Assembly: GCA_963821535.1 (NCBI GenBank)
Contig: CAWGEC010000014.1
Span: 3,086-67,085, forward strand
From: an uncultured Actinomycetes bacterium
Lineage (GTDB): Bacteria; Actinomycetota; Thermoleophilia; Gaiellales; JAICJC01
DNA length: 64,000 nucleotides
Direction: 5' to 3'
Shown one piece after another: positions 48,527 through 58,888 of this stretch (position 1 is the stretch's first letter; each line of letters opens with the position of its first letter). The notes under the pieces are model-generated. The model made no database searches, was not told where the DNA came from, and saw nothing but the letters and a program-made list of their open reading frames with translations. Both the position numbers and the translations under genes were made by a program.

Positions 48527-50626
48527 TTAGCCGCGGTCGGCGAGGGTGAACTGCGCCACGATCCGCTCCAGGTTGGCCGCGGTGCGGTTGAGATCCTGGG
48601 CGGACTGGGCCAGCTCCTGGGCCGTGGCCGAGGTCTCCTCCGTCGCGGCGGACACCTGCTCCGCCGACGCGGACGACTGCTCGGCGACCGATGCGATCTC
48701 GCCCGTCGCGCGCTCGATCGTCTCGGCCCGGGTGGTGATGTCGGCGACCGCGTGCCCAATCGACTCGAAGGCCTGGCGGCTGCGCTCGACCGTGTCGACC
48801 GATGCCCGGGTGCCCTCCGCGCTCGCCGTCACGACCCTGGCCGCACCGGCGGTCTGCGACTGGATCTCGGCGATCAGCCCGCCGATCCGCTCGGCCGCCT
48901 CCTGGCTCTCCTCCGCGAGCTTGCGCACCTCTTCGGCGACGACCGCGAAGCCGCGGCCCTGGTCACCGGCGCGGGCGGCCTCGATCGCAGCGTTCAGGGC
49001 GAGCAGGTTGGTCTGGGCCGCGATGCTCGAGATCGTCTCGACGATGCCGCCGATCTGCTCCGACCGGTCGGTCAGCCCACCCATCGCCCCGGCCAGCTCG
49101 TCCGCCGAGTCAGCGAGGCTCCGGATCGCGGCCGATGCCTCGGCGGCGACGCCGACACCCTGGCCGGCGACGCGGCTCGCCTCGCCGGCGACCTCGCTCG
49201 CCTCGGCGACGGTGGTTCGCGTCTCGCCGATCATGATCACCTGGCGCTGGGCACCCTCCGCGACCTCCCCGACCGCGGAGGCGATCTCGTCGACGGCGCG
49301 GCCGGCCTCGTTCGACGCTGTCGCCATCTGCGTGGAGGCCTCGGACAGCCGGCGGGTGGCACCCGCAACCTCGGAGATGACGAGCGACATGTTGTCGGTC
49401 ATGCGCGCGAACGCGTTCCCGAGCACGTCGGCCTCGCCGCGGGGCGTGACCGAGGCGGTCAGATCGCGCGACGCGAGCCGCTCGGCGGCCCCGGCCATCT
49501 CGGCGAGATAGGCCTGCATCTTGACGAACGCGGTGCCGAGCCGGTCTGCGTCCGAGCGCGCCTGGACGTGCGCCGACAGGTCGCCGTCGCTGATGCTGCC
49601 CGCCACCTCGGCGATCTCGATCAGATAGTCGTGCATCGCCACGAACGCGAGCCCGAACTCGTCGCGATCGCTCAGCGGCTCGACGGTCGACGAGAGGTCG
49701 CCGGAGCCGATCTCGCCCGCGACCCGCCCCATCTCGCCGGTGCGGGCCCGCATCGCGTTGTACGCCACGATCGTGGACTGGGCGCGGCCGAGCATGTCGT
49801 TGAAGATCTCGCCGAGCTCCGCGATCTCGTCGCCGCCGCGGACATCGACAGGTGTCGTCACGGGCGTGACCTCGTGGGAGAGGTCACCTTCCCCGGCCAT
49901 GGCGTTCAGCCCGTCCTGCAGGTCGGTCAGGCAGTGGTCGCGGAGGCTCCCGAGGCGCTCGCGCAGCGGCGCCAGGCCACCCGAGATCCGCCGGGTCAAG
50001 AGATAGGCGATCCCGAACGCCGCGAGAACCGCGACGACGACCAGGACGACGGACGTCGTGCGAGTGGTCGAGCCCGTGGACTTGAGCTGCGCGATCGCGG
50101 CTTTCCGGTCGTCCTGCGCCACCTTGAGGTACGCGTCGAGCTTCTCGGTCAGCGTGTCGACCGACTCGTCGGAGGCATCGACGAGCTTCAGCACCTTCGG
50201 CTGTCGGCCGGCCTGCACGGCGGCCCACATCTTCGCGTCGACCGCCATGAAGTCGGCGAAGGCCGCCTTGACCTGATTGAGCGTTGCGCGATCGGCCGGG
50301 TCGGTGGCGTTGCGGTCGGCCTCGGCGAGCACCTCGCGGAAGGCGCCCACATCGGCCACGAAGTCCTCACGGCCAGACGGGCCCACCAGGGCGTACTTCG
50401 TCTGGGCGAAATGGAAGTCGCCGGCCGCCGCGTTCATCTCCTCAGCGACGAGGAGCTTCTGCGACACGACCACGTCGATCCTGTTCGCCGAGCCCGTGAG
50501 GCTGGACGTCCCCCACAGCGTCGTCGCTGCGACGCCGGCGAGCAGCGCCAGGATGGCACCGAACGCGAGGTAGAGCTTGGCGCGGATCGACAGGCGATCG
50601 AGGACATGAGCATGGGGAAGCCGCAT
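48527..50626 (-). CDS. Methyl-accepting chemotaxis protein with multiple HAMP repeats
   Basis: N-terminal TM plus ligand-binding region, a second TM, repeated HAMP-like units, and the signalling hairpin [40 protein letters not shown]. Confidence 0.9.
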   Translation of the reverse strand: MRLPHAHVLDRLSIRAKLYLAFGAILALLAGVAATTLWGTSSLTGSANRIDVVVSQKLLVAEEMNAAAGDFHFAQTKYALVGPSGREDFVADVGAFREVLAEADRNATDPADRATLNQVKAAFADFMAVDAKMWAAVQAGRQPKVLKLVDASDESVDTLTEKLDAYLKVAQDDRKAAIAQLKSTGSTTRTTSVVLVVVAVLAAFGIAYLLTRRISGGLAPLRERLGSLRDHCLTDLQDGLNAMAGEGDLSHEVTPVTTPVDVRGGDEIAELGEIFNDMLGRAQSTIVAYNAMRARTGEMGRVAGEIGSGDLSSTVEPLSDRDEFGLAFVAMHDYLIEIAEVAGSISDGDLSAHVQARSDADRLGTAFVKMQAYLAEMAGAAERLASRDLTASVTPRGEADVLGNAFARMTDNMSLVISEVAGATRRLSEASTQMATASNEAGRAVDEIASAVGEVAEGAQRQVIMIGETRTTVAEASEVAGEASRVAGQGVGVAAEASAAIRSLADSADELAGAMGGLTDRSEQIGGIVETISSIAAQTNLLALNAAIEAARAGDQGRGFAVVAEEVRKLAEESQEAAERIGGLIAEIQSQTAGAARVVTASAEGTRASVDTVERSRQAFESIGHAVADITTRAETIERATGEIASVAEQSSASAEQVSAATEETSATAQELAQSAQDLNRTAANLERIVAQFTLADRG

Positions 50627-50665
50627 ACCCAGCGTGATCGGCGCCGGCGGCCGCTGGTTAAGACG

Positions 50666-51370
50666 TCAGGTGTGCAACGCGGCCGGATCGCGCAGCCGAT
50701 AGCCCACGCCGGTCAGCGTCTCGATGGCGTCGCGCCCGATCCCGCCCGCCTCGAGCTTGTCGCGCAGGCGGCCCATGTGCGTGCGCAGGAGCTGCATCTC
50801 CTGGGCGTAGCCCGGCCCCCAGACCTTGCGGAGGAGCATCTGATGGGTGAGCGGCCGGCCCGCCGCCAGGGCCAGCTCCTTCAGGAGGTCGAACTCCGTC
50901 GGCGTGAGGTGGATCTCGGCACCGGCAACCGTGACGACGCGGCGGGGCAGGTCGATCGAGAGCCGGCCCACCTCGATGACGCGGTCTCCCGGAGCCGAGC
51001 CGTCGGAGCGGCGCAGGAGCGCCCGCACCCGTGCCAGGAGCTCGCCCACTCCGAACGGCTTCGTCAGGTAGTCGTCGGCGCCCGCGTCGAGCGCGCGGAT
51101 CTTGTCGGGCTCGTCCTGCACCGCCGAGATCAGGAGGATCGGCGCGGTCAGCCAGTCTCGGAGCTCGGCGCAGACGTCGGCGCCGTCACCGTCGGGCAGC
51201 ATGAGATCCAGGATCACGAGATCGGGAGGGGAAAGCGCCGCGGCCGTCAGCGTCTCGGCCGCCGTGCCGGCCGTCGCAACCCGGTAGCCGGCCTTGGTGA
51301 GCGTCACCTCGAGGGCACGCCGGATCGGCCGCTCGTCGTCGACGACGAGGATGAGCGGCTCGCCGCTCAC
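50666..51370 (-). CDS. OmpR/KdpE-type response regulator
   Basis: Receiver LILVVDDE...LVILDLMLPDGDG...LTKPF plus winged-helix LTPTEFDLLKELA...GVGYRL. The GTG overlaps the kinase stop (GTGA). Confidence 0.9.
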   Translation of the reverse strand: MSGEPLILVVDDERPIRRALEVTLTKAGYRVATAGTAAETLTAAALSPPDLVILDLMLPDGDGADVCAELRDWLTAPILLISAVQDEPDKIRALDAGADDYLTKPFGVGELLARVRALLRRSDGSAPGDRVIEVGRLSIDLPRRVVTVAGAEIHLTPTEFDLLKELALAAGRPLTHQMLLRKVWGPGYAQEMQLLRTHMGRLRDKLEAGGIGRDAIETLTGVGYRLRDPAALHT

Positions 51371-52803
51371 CGGGCGCCGTCGCCCGCCGCCGGCAGGGTG
51401 AGGATGAAGGTGGCCCCGTTCCCGCCCGGTGGGGCAAGCCGCAGCTGGCCGCCGTTCGAACGGGCGAGCCCGCGGGCGATGGCAAGCCCAAGGCCGGACC
51501 CGGCAACGTCCCCGGTGCCGGCACCGCGCGCGAAGGGCTCGAAGATCCGCTCGGCGTCGTCCACCGCCACACCCGGGCCGTGATCGGAGACCGCGACCTC
51601 GACGAGCTCGCCGCGCGCCGCGACGCGAACGTCGACCGGGCGATCGGCGGGCGAGAACTTGAGCGCATTCTCGATCACGTTGACGACGACGCGCTGGAGC
51701 TGGGGCGCGTCGCCGTGCACGAGCGGGACGTCGGGCGCGAGCTCCACCCGCACCCGATCCTGCGGCTCGCCCCGGAACAGTTCGGCCACGCCAGCCTCGA
51801 CCAACTCGCGCGGATCGAGCCAGTCGGCGGCCGGGCGGAGCGCACCCGCGGTGAGACGCGACAGGTCGAGCAGGTTCTCGATCATGCGGCTCATGCGACC
51901 GCTCTCGGCGCCGATCGTGTCGAGGAGCTCCTGCTCCTCGTCGTCCAGGGCTGCGAAGCGCAGACCTCCGGCGGCCGCGGCAATGGCCTGAAGCGGCGAG
52001 CGCAGGTCGTGGGAGACCGCGCGCAGAAGCGCGGTCTTGAGCTCGTCCGAGCGCTTGAGCGCCCGGGCGTTCACCTCCTCGCGCATGCGCCGCTCGCGTT
52101 CCTCGCCGAGGGCGATCAATCCCGCGAGCTGGCGCGCGATCCGCTGGGCCGCCGGGGAGTCCACGAGCCCGGGGGCGCCGCCCGAGAGACGCAGTTCGCC
52201 GATGGGCCGGCCGTTCAGCTCGAGCGGGAGCACACCCGCCCTTGGGGTAGGGCTGACACCGCGGACGATAACCCCGGTCGTCGCGCCAAGCGTCGAGGCG
52301 GCCTGGTCGCCGAGACCGGCCAGCGCGTCGTCGAGGTTGGACGCCGTCGCGATCACCGTCGCGAGCCGCTCGCCGAGCCGGGCTTCTTCGGCCCGCCGGG
52401 CAGCCTCGTCCCTGCCGGCGCGTTCCCGTGCAGCGAGGTCGCTCGTGACGACTGCCGTGACGGCGAAGGCGGCGAGCGCGAGCCAGTCGCTCGAGGAGTT
52501 GACGACGAGCGTGTGCTTGGGCGGCAGGAAGAAGAAGTTGAACGCGAGCGCCGACGCCAGGCTGGTCCCGAGGCCCCACCAGAGACCGTAGACCGAGGAC
52601 GCTCCGAGCACCGCGAGCAGGTAGAAGACCCCGGCCGAGCGCACGGGCACGTCCGGCGTCAGCGCCCCGACGAGGAGCGTCGAGGCTACGACGAGGGCGC
52701 TCGAGACGATCAAGGCGGAGCGCCGAGACGACCGCCAGTCGCGGAGGCGGGCCGAGGCCGGGCGGTTGGTGGTCAGCCGCCCGTCGGTGCGGGTTGCGGC
52801 CAT
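51367..52803 (-). CDS. Sensor histidine kinase of KdpD C-terminal type (DUF4118 membrane domain, HisKA, HATPase) lacking the KdpD N-terminal sensor
   Basis: Four TM segments, the H-box LLRAVSHDLRSPL, the N-box VVNVIENALKFS and the G-box SGLGLAIARGL. Confidence 0.85.
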   Translation of the reverse strand: MAATRTDGRLTTNRPASARLRDWRSSRRSALIVSSALVVASTLLVGALTPDVPVRSAGVFYLLAVLGASSVYGLWWGLGTSLASALAFNFFFLPPKHTLVVNSSSDWLALAAFAVTAVVTSDLAARERAGRDEAARRAEEARLGERLATVIATASNLDDALAGLGDQAASTLGATTGVIVRGVSPTPRAGVLPLELNGRPIGELRLSGGAPGLVDSPAAQRIARQLAGLIALGEERERRMREEVNARALKRSDELKTALLRAVSHDLRSPLQAIAAAAGGLRFAALDDEEQELLDTIGAESGRMSRMIENLLDLSRLTAGALRPAADWLDPRELVEAGVAELFRGEPQDRVRVELAPDVPLVHGDAPQLQRVVVNVIENALKFSPADRPVDVRVAARGELVEVAVSDHGPGVAVDDAERIFEPFARGAGTGDVAGSGLGLAIARGLARSNGGQLRLAPPGGNGATFILTLPAAGDGAR

Positions 52804-52829
52804 ACCCTGGATTCTCGCAGGTGGCGGCG

Positions 52830-53558
52830 TCAGCCGGAGCGGCGCAGCAGGCGGCGCCACGGCGCCTCGTCCATGTGCTCCACGACCAGCGAGCGCCGCA
52901 CCGACGCGATGTCGAGGGGCGCGCCGTCCGGCACGTCGCGCCGGGCGCTCGCGATCCGCTCGACGATCTCGGCCAGCTCCCGCGTTGGGACGGCGAACAC
53001 GCATTCGGCGATGACCGAGCCGTTCACCAGGCGCGATGACGCCACCCTGACCGTCGTCTCGAGCGGCTCGGCGAAGAACCGTGCCCGCAGGAACAGGCGG
53101 TCGCCGCGGCGCAGGAGGCGCGCGGTCTGAAACGTGACCCCCAGCCGCGTGAGATCGATGATCGTCCCGTCGACGACATCGCCGTCGACGACGTCCTGGC
53201 AGTAGATCGCGGTCATCCGGCCCGGCCGCTGGAGGGTCTGGCGGCTCGCGAGCACGATCGTCTCGGCCCCCTCCTCCGAGACGTCGACAGCTCGCAGCCG
53301 GATGCGCGCGTCGTTGGCGGTCTCGAGCACGGCGCGCTCGCACATCATGGTGACGCGATACCTGCGCCCGGCGACGACGACCCGCCCGGCGAGCTCCATC
53401 CCGCCGACGATCCGCATGCGGTCCGCCGTGCCGGTGAGCTGCGTCCCGAACGTGCGGGTGATCGCGACCGTGAGCGTGCCGCCGATATCACGCTCGAAAT
53501 CGGCGCTTCCGGTACGCGACAGCAGTTCGACTGCCCTCTCAAACGACGGCTGGCTCAT
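52830..53558 (-). CDS. PilZ-like domain protein
   Basis: RQTLQRPGR ... IIDLTRLGVTFQT approximates the PilZ motifs. The ATG at 53558 gives MSQPSFERAV. It lies directly upstream of the kinase on the same strand. Confidence 0.5.
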   Translation of the reverse strand: MSQPSFERAVELLSRTGSADFERDIGGTLTVAITRTFGTQLTGTADRMRIVGGMELAGRVVVAGRRYRVTMMCERAVLETANDARIRLRAVDVSEEGAETIVLASRQTLQRPGRMTAIYCQDVVDGDVVDGTIIDLTRLGVTFQTARLLRRGDRLFLRARFFAEPLETTVRVASSRLVNGSVIAECVFAVPTRELAEIVERIASARRDVPDGAPLDIASVRRSLVVEHMDEAPWRRLLRRSG

Positions 53559-53655
53559 TCCCCCCCCCACATTCGATTCCGGCCAAAACGGTCAGAAAGT
53601 GGACACCCAAGCGGGGGAACGTGCCCCGGAATGCGGTAGTCGGGGGCTAGACGAT

Positions 53656-54838
53656 CTAGCGGCGGCCGTAGTCGCGCACGATGTACGTCGCCGGGGTGCC
53701 CTCTCGGAGCGGCAGCGGCAGCGTGTCGAAGGCGGCGAGGAGCGGTGCCGGGCCGGGCTCGAGCGTCCCGCGGTAGATGAGGCGGGTGAAGGGCCGCAGC
53801 CGGCCGCCGGAGCGGCATGACAGGCCGGTGCGCACCGCGGGCGGGCCCGACGTGAACGTCGCCGAGCCGGTGAGGAACTCTCCGCGCGCCGAACGGATCA
53901 CGGCCTGGAACCTGCCGGGCCCGACCCGGACCGGCTTCGGGAGCGTGCTCTGGCCTGCGAGCGTCTCGATGAAGCTCGACGCCCGCTCGTCGGGCGGTAC
54001 CTGCTTCGTGCGAAACGCGTACTGGAAGATCTCGGGGATCCGATAGCCCTTCTCGAAGCCGAAGAACCGGCCGGCGCCCACCTTCGCCCCGAGGGCGCGG
54101 TTCAGGAAGCACGGCTGGACGTAGCGCTCATGGGGTGCGGGCCCGGCCAGCGCAGAGCCGATCTTCGGAATGGCGCGCACCGTGGCGGTGGTGCCAACGG
54201 AGAAGACGATCCCGTCCGAGCACCCCGGGTCCTTCGTGATCGTGGCCCTCAGCGGCTGCGTGTGGATCGTCCCGAAGAACGGCGCCGTCGGGGTCACCAC
54301 GTCGAATGCGTCGAACGCCAGCGTGCCCTTCGCGACGAGCCTCGTGCCCATCCGGCCGTCGTAGAGCCGACACCTGCGGGCGTTCGCCGACGTGGCCGTG
54401 AACGCACCCGAGATCTGGCTTGGAGTGATCGCCGTCGTCGTATCGAGCGTGGCGGTCTCGAGCGTCTTGTCGTAGCGGAAGATGATCCCGGACTGGGGCG
54501 AGAACGAGTAGTCGTGGCCCTGGAACGCCCGCCCGTCGGCGCTGGACCCGACCCAGCGAGACGTCGAGCGTCGACCCGAATCCCGGGTCGGCGCCGACGA
54601 TCATGCTCATGTCGTAGGTGACGCCGTTTCGGACGACGGCGATCGGCGCGGTCCGCATGAAGACGGTCGTGAGCGAGAAGAAGCCGTGCGGCCGGGTGCG
54701 CGCCTGCTCGAACACCTGCGCCCGCATGCGAAGCGACGGCGCCATCGACGTGCTCGCCGCGGCGCTCGCCGCGCCGAGCGCCAGGAGCGCGGTCATCGCG
54801 ACTCCCAAAGCGCCGAGCCTGAGTGCGCGTCGATCCAT
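53656..54838 (-). pseudogene. Secreted hypothetical protein, one frameshift near 54550-54558
   Basis: The signal peptide MDRRALRLGALGVAMTALLALGAASAAAS and first ~95 aa are in ORF 54128..54838. The remainder reads through in the frame of ORF 53656..54351. Length is 3n+1. Confidence 0.6.
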
Positions 54839-54891
54839 GTCCCGAAGGTACGTGCGAATCGGCTCGTACGGAAGTCGGTACGCTATCGCCC

Positions 54892-55284
54892 ATGTCGGAG
54901 ATCGAGCGCCGCCAGCAACCGTCCGGCCGGCGCGCGTTCGACGAGATCGGCGACGCGACCCGGCGGACGCGCCTCGCCAACGAGCGCACCTACCTGGCGT
55001 GGTGGCGAACCGGCCTCACGGCGCTCGCCGTGAGCCTCGCCGCCGGACGCGTCGTTCCGACCCTGTCGCACGGGACGGCGTGGCCCTACGAGCTCGCCGG
55101 CGCCGGATTCGCCGTGCTCGGCGTCCTCTGCATCGCCACGGGCTACCAGCGCGAGCGCGAGATCGACCGGGCCCTGGCGGAGGGCCGCTTCGCGACGCTC
55201 GACCCGCGGATCAACCTCGTCCTGACAGCGGTCGGCGTCGTGCTCGGCCTCTTCACATTAGTGCTGATCGTCGTGCATCCGTGA
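54892..55284 (+). CDS. DUF202 (YidH-like) membrane protein
   Basis: RLANERTYLAWWRTGLTALAVSLA signature plus two further TM segments. Confidence 0.75.
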   Translation: MSEIERRQQPSGRRAFDEIGDATRRTRLANERTYLAWWRTGLTALAVSLAAGRVVPTLSHGTAWPYELAGAGFAVLGVLCIATGYQREREIDRALAEGRFATLDPRINLVLTAVGVVLGLFTLVLIVVHP

Positions 55285-56197
55285 CCGGCACGCCGGCGTC
55301 GTGCAGGACGTCGCGGAGCATGAGCGCATTGGTCGGCGCCTGCGCGATCGGCGGGCCGCCGTCGGCGGCGGTGCGGCCGTTGTTGTTGAACATCACGAAC
55401 GCTCGCTCCGAGAGCGTCGAGAGCCGCCGCAGCGGCTCTGACCACTCGGCCAGCTCCTCGGTCGAGTAGAGGTAGTCGAAGCGCTCGGCGGCGCTCCCGC
55501 CGCGGTGGTTCCAGGTCGCGGCGTTCCGGCCGTGGAGGCGCAGGTAGGCCGTCGGGCTGGTCGCCCCCACCACGGTCGGCACCAGGTTCTTGGCCTCGGT
55601 GCGCGGGGCGTCGACCATGACGTAGGTCGCTCCGCGCCGCTCGAGGAAGGCCAGCGTCTCGGCGGCCTTGGCGTCGTCCTCCAGCCAGCTGCGGTGGCGA
55701 AACTCGACGAGCATCTCGTCGCCGCCGAGCTGCTCCTGGGCCCACTCGATGTACTCGAGCGACGCCGGCTTCATCACGACGTAGGGCGGAAACTGCATCA
55801 GGATGCCGCCCAGCTTCCCGGTCTCGCGCAGCGGCTCGAGCGCGGCGTGGAAGCGGTCGAACACCTCCGCGCGCAGCTCGCGGGAGGGGTGGTCGACCCG
55901 GCCCCGGTGGTCGACCTCGACCTCGCCGCGCAGGTCGGGAGGGAGCTGGTCGGCCTTCACCGGATGGCGGGTCATCATGCCGAACGCCTTCACGTGGAAC
56001 ACGAACCCATCGGGGGTTCTGCGAGCCCAGGCCGCGGCAGCCTCGGCCGTCGGGATGGCGTAGTAGCTCGCGTTCACCTCGACCGTGTCGAACAGCTCGG
56101 CATAGTGGCGCAGGCGGCCCTCGGCGGTGCGCGCGCTCCGCGGGTACCACGCCTTGACGAGCGACTCGTCGGCCCACGAGCAGGTGCCGATGCGCAC
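55253..56197 (-). CDS. DUF72 (UPF0759) family protein
   Basis: VRIGTCSWADESLVKAWYP...YAELFDTVEVNASYYAIP...GFVFHVKA pattern typical of DUF72. Confidence 0.8.
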   Translation of the reverse strand: MRIGTCSWADESLVKAWYPRSARTAEGRLRHYAELFDTVEVNASYYAIPTAEAAAAWARRTPDGFVFHVKAFGMMTRHPVKADQLPPDLRGEVEVDHRGRVDHPSRELRAEVFDRFHAALEPLRETGKLGGILMQFPPYVVMKPASLEYIEWAQEQLGGDEMLVEFRHRSWLEDDAKAAETLAFLERRGATYVMVDAPRTEAKNLVPTVVGATSPTAYLRLHGRNAATWNHRGGSAAERFDYLYSTEELAEWSEPLRRLSTLSERAFVMFNNNGRTAADGGPPIAQAPTNALMLRDVLHDAGVPVTDARRSALM

Positions 56198-56205
56198 CGT
56201 CGCCG

Positions 56206-56536
56206 TCAGAGCACGTACCCCCCGTCGGGCTCGAGCGGATGCGAGCCCGCCGCCCAGGCGAAGAGGCCCCCGCGCAGGTTGGCGGCGTCATAGCCCCGCC
56301 ACGTGGAGCGCGTCGGCGGCGTAGCCGGAGCGCGAGCCGGTGCGGCACACGATCACCATCCGCCGGTCGCGCGGGAGCTCGGCAACGCGCCCGCCCAGCT
56401 CGCCCAGGGGGATCAGGACGGCGCCCGAGATGTGGCCCGCGTCCCACTCGACCTGCTCGCGGACGTCGACCACCAGCGCGCCGGCCGCGATCTCCTCCGC
56501 AGCGTCCGCAGGGGCGATCTCGGGGGCGGGGTCCAT
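56206..56536 (-). pseudogene. Rhodanese-domain sulfurtransferase, one frameshift near 56290-56296
   Basis: VVDVREQVEWDAGHISGAVLIP...VIVCRTGSRSGYAA (active-site CRTGSRS) is in one frame. The C-terminal YDAANLRGGLFAWAA is in another. Length is 3n+1. Confidence 0.75.
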
Positions 56537-56546
56537 GCCCCGAACT

Positions 56547-57600
56547 CTACGCGGGGCCGGGCTGGGTGGCGCCGACGTACGTGCTCTGGAACCAGCCACC
56601 GGAGAGCTTGGCGATCCGGACGAAGTCGCCCGTGTGCGGGGCATGCACGACGTAGCCGTTCCCGATGTAGATGGCGACGTGGCCGAGATGGTGGAAGAAC
56701 ACGAGGTCGCCGGGCCGGAGCTCGGCCTGATTCTGGATCCACACGGGCCCCATGTGGAACTGCGAGGCGGCGAAGTGCGGGAGCGTGTAGCCGTGCCGGG
56801 CCCAGAGCCAGGTGACGAGGCCCGAGCAGTCGAAGCCGTCGGGTGACGCCCCGCCCCAGACGTACGGGACGCCGATCTGCTTCAGCGCGTCGAGCGCGAT
56901 CTGGTCGCGGAGCTCCTGGCCGGGATCGGCGGCGTCGGCGACCAGCGCGTCCTCGAGCCACTTGTGCGCGCCGAGCGCGAGCTGGCCCTGGCCGATCTGG
57001 TCGGCCGCCTTGATGACCTGCACCTGCTGGCCGAGCTCCTTCTCGAGCCGCTTCCGGCGCCGCAGCTCGTGGCGGATCTGCCGGCGCTTCACCTCGAGCT
57101 TGCGCTTCGCGATCCGCGACTCCTGCCGGTCGATCACGAGCAGCTGGCGCTCGTGCGCGATGGCGGCGCGGGCGGCGGCGATGGCTTCGACCGTGTCGGT
57201 GACCGCCGAGTCGACCTGGCGGCTCAGGTCCATGCCGTTCGTGATCTGCGAGAGCGACGACGAGTCGAGGACGATCTCGATCGTGTGCGGATCGCCGCCC
57301 TTGTACTGCTCGATCAGGAGCTGGGCGAGATTCTGCTGCTGGCGCTCGAGCTCGGCCTGCTCGGCCTCGAGCCGGGCGGTCGCGGCGCGGATCTCGCGCC
57401 GCAGCACGTGCAGGTGCCAGCGGACCTGGTCGTAGCGCTCCGTGAGGAGCTCGATGCGCGAATCGAGCCTGCCGCACCTGCGTGCGCACGCGGGCGTACT
57501 GCGCCTGCTTCTTCTGAAGCAGCGTGTCAGCTGACGCGGTCCCCGCGAGGACGGACGCGCCCAAAACGAGCCCGGCCGCAGCAACGAGCATGCGCGACAT
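56547..57600 (-). pseudogene. Secreted coiled-coil plus NlpC/P60 peptidoglycan endopeptidase (RipA-like), one frameshift near 57462-57470
   Basis: The signal peptide MSRMLVAAAGLVLGASVLAG and first ~45 aa are in ORF 56413..57666. The coiled coil and GVPYVWGGASPDGFDCSGLV...GHVAIYIGNGYVVHAP are in ORF 56547..57617. Length is 3n+1. Confidence 0.85.
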
Positions 57601-57697
57601 TCGCAAACGTGACCCACACATCACTACTGGCTTCGGCAAACATCCGGAAAACTTGAGAGGGCTCAAGGGAACCGGTCATCCCGCCGACAAGGTCTTC

Positions 57698-58036
57698 ATG
57701 CAGATCACCGTCTCCTGTCACACGTGCTCGGGCGAGAAGCGCCCGCTGAGCCCGTGCCCATGGTGCTCGTCCCAGCCCGCCGCCGAGATCGAGGTCGCCG
57801 CGTGGCGCTCGGCGCTTCACGCCGAGTCGCTCGCCCGGATCACCGCCGAGCCGCGCCGCGCGCCCGCGCCGGTCGTCAGCCTCCCCACGCCGATTCAGGT
57901 CGTGGTGACGGTCGACGGCGTCCCGATGCGCCAGGCCGATCCGATCTTCTCGGACGCTGTCGTCCCGGCCGCCGACCCGCTCTCGTTCGACTGGAACGAG
58001 GACACGGGCCTGCGCCGCCTGCGCCGCACCGCCTAG
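57698..58036 (+). CDS. Hypothetical protein with N-terminal CxxC...CxxC zinc-ribbon-like motif
   Basis: MQITVSCHTCSGEKRPLSPCPWCSS...; 112 aa; the ATG lies inside the longer ORF. Confidence 0.45.
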   Translation: MQITVSCHTCSGEKRPLSPCPWCSSQPAAEIEVAAWRSALHAESLARITAEPRRAPAPVVSLPTPIQVVVTVDGVPMRQADPIFSDAVVPAADPLSFDWNEDTGLRRLRRTA

Positions 58037-58037
58037 A

Positions 58038-58290
58038 TGATTGATCGATAACTCCGTGATGTCCTGGGCGGCGAGAACCGGGCAGCGCAAGGACGCAGGG
58101 AGGGTCAATATCGGGTCATATTGACCCGACCGAGGACAAGCTGCAAGGCGAACGCCTTGCAGCGGTCACGGGAAGACCTGCTATCCAAGCAGGTCTCCCG
58201 TGGATGCGAAGGTTCGCAGCCGCAGCGCCGCCACGGTTCGCCATTCCAGCGCGTCGGACGTCCAGGCGCGCGGGAGTTATCGATCACTCA
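58038..58290. repeat. Inverted-repeat-bounded hairpin cluster (MITE-like or structured RNA)
   Basis: Terminal inverted repeats TGATTGATCGATAACTCC (58038-55) / GGAGTTATCGATCACTCA (58273-90), 17 of 18 complementary. Internal hairpins at 58102-58127 (10 bp), 58141-58162 (10 bp) and 58167-58202 (15 bp, one bulge), plus a palindrome at 58205-58218. Confidence 0.7.
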
Positions 58291-58291
58291 T

Positions 58292-58840
58292 CTAGCGCAG
58301 ATCGAGCAGGGTCGCGGGCAGCTCGAGCTGCTCCACGGCGAGGCCGTGCCGTGCCGCCTCGGCCAGGAGCTCCTCGTAGGCCTCGGCCTCGCTCGGATCG
58401 GACGGCGCCCAGTCGTTCAGGTACCGCACGCGGCTCACGCCCGCCTGGTAGGCCTCCTTGAGGCATCCGAAGCACGGGCGCAGCGTCGAGTAGAGGTGGG
58501 CGCCCTGGACGGAGTAGCCGAGCTTGGCCGCCTGGAGGATCGCGTTCTGCTCGGCGTGGACGCAGATGCACACGTCGTAGCCGCGGCCCGGCAGGTAGTC
58601 CGACGGGTTGGCGCACCGGTGGCAGCCGCCCTCGTCGCAGTTCGGAAAGCCGGTCGGCGTGCCGTTGTAGCCGGTCGCGATGATCCGCTGGTCGGACACG
58701 AGCACCGCGCCGACGTGGCGGCCGAGGCACGCGGCTCGCTCGCGGGTCGCCACGGCGAGGAGCATGAAGTACTGCTCGGGAGTGGGGCGTATCGCGGCGC
58801 GGCGGGCATCGGCGCGATCGGCGGTCGGCGTCGGGTCCAT
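58292..58840 (-). CDS. dCMP (deoxycytidylate) deaminase, ComEB-like
   Basis: VGAVLVSDQRIIATGYNG...CVHAEQNAI...PCFGCLKEAYQAGV zinc-binding HAE and PCxxC motifs. Confidence 0.85.
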   Translation of the reverse strand: MDPTPTADRADARRAAIRPTPEQYFMLLAVATRERAACLGRHVGAVLVSDQRIIATGYNGTPTGFPNCDEGGCHRCANPSDYLPGRGYDVCICVHAEQNAILQAAKLGYSVQGAHLYSTLRPCFGCLKEAYQAGVSRVRYLNDWAPSDPSEAEAYEELLAEAARHGLAVEQLELPATLLDLR

Positions 58841-58888
58841 GCCCGCAGCGTACCGGGGCACGGCGGCCGGCGTCGCCGCGGCAGGCGC

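Noticed and set aside
57601-57697. Leader of the NlpC/P60 gene, considered as a c-di-AMP (ydaO-type) riboswitch, which often precedes such genes in Actinobacteria.
   Set aside because: Only 97 nt are available, and I could not find the conserved ydaO sequence blocks or its pseudo-twofold helices.
58037-58291. The hairpin-rich intergenic element, considered as a CRISPR array.
   Set aside because: The hairpins all differ in sequence. There are no regularly spaced identical repeats and no cas genes.
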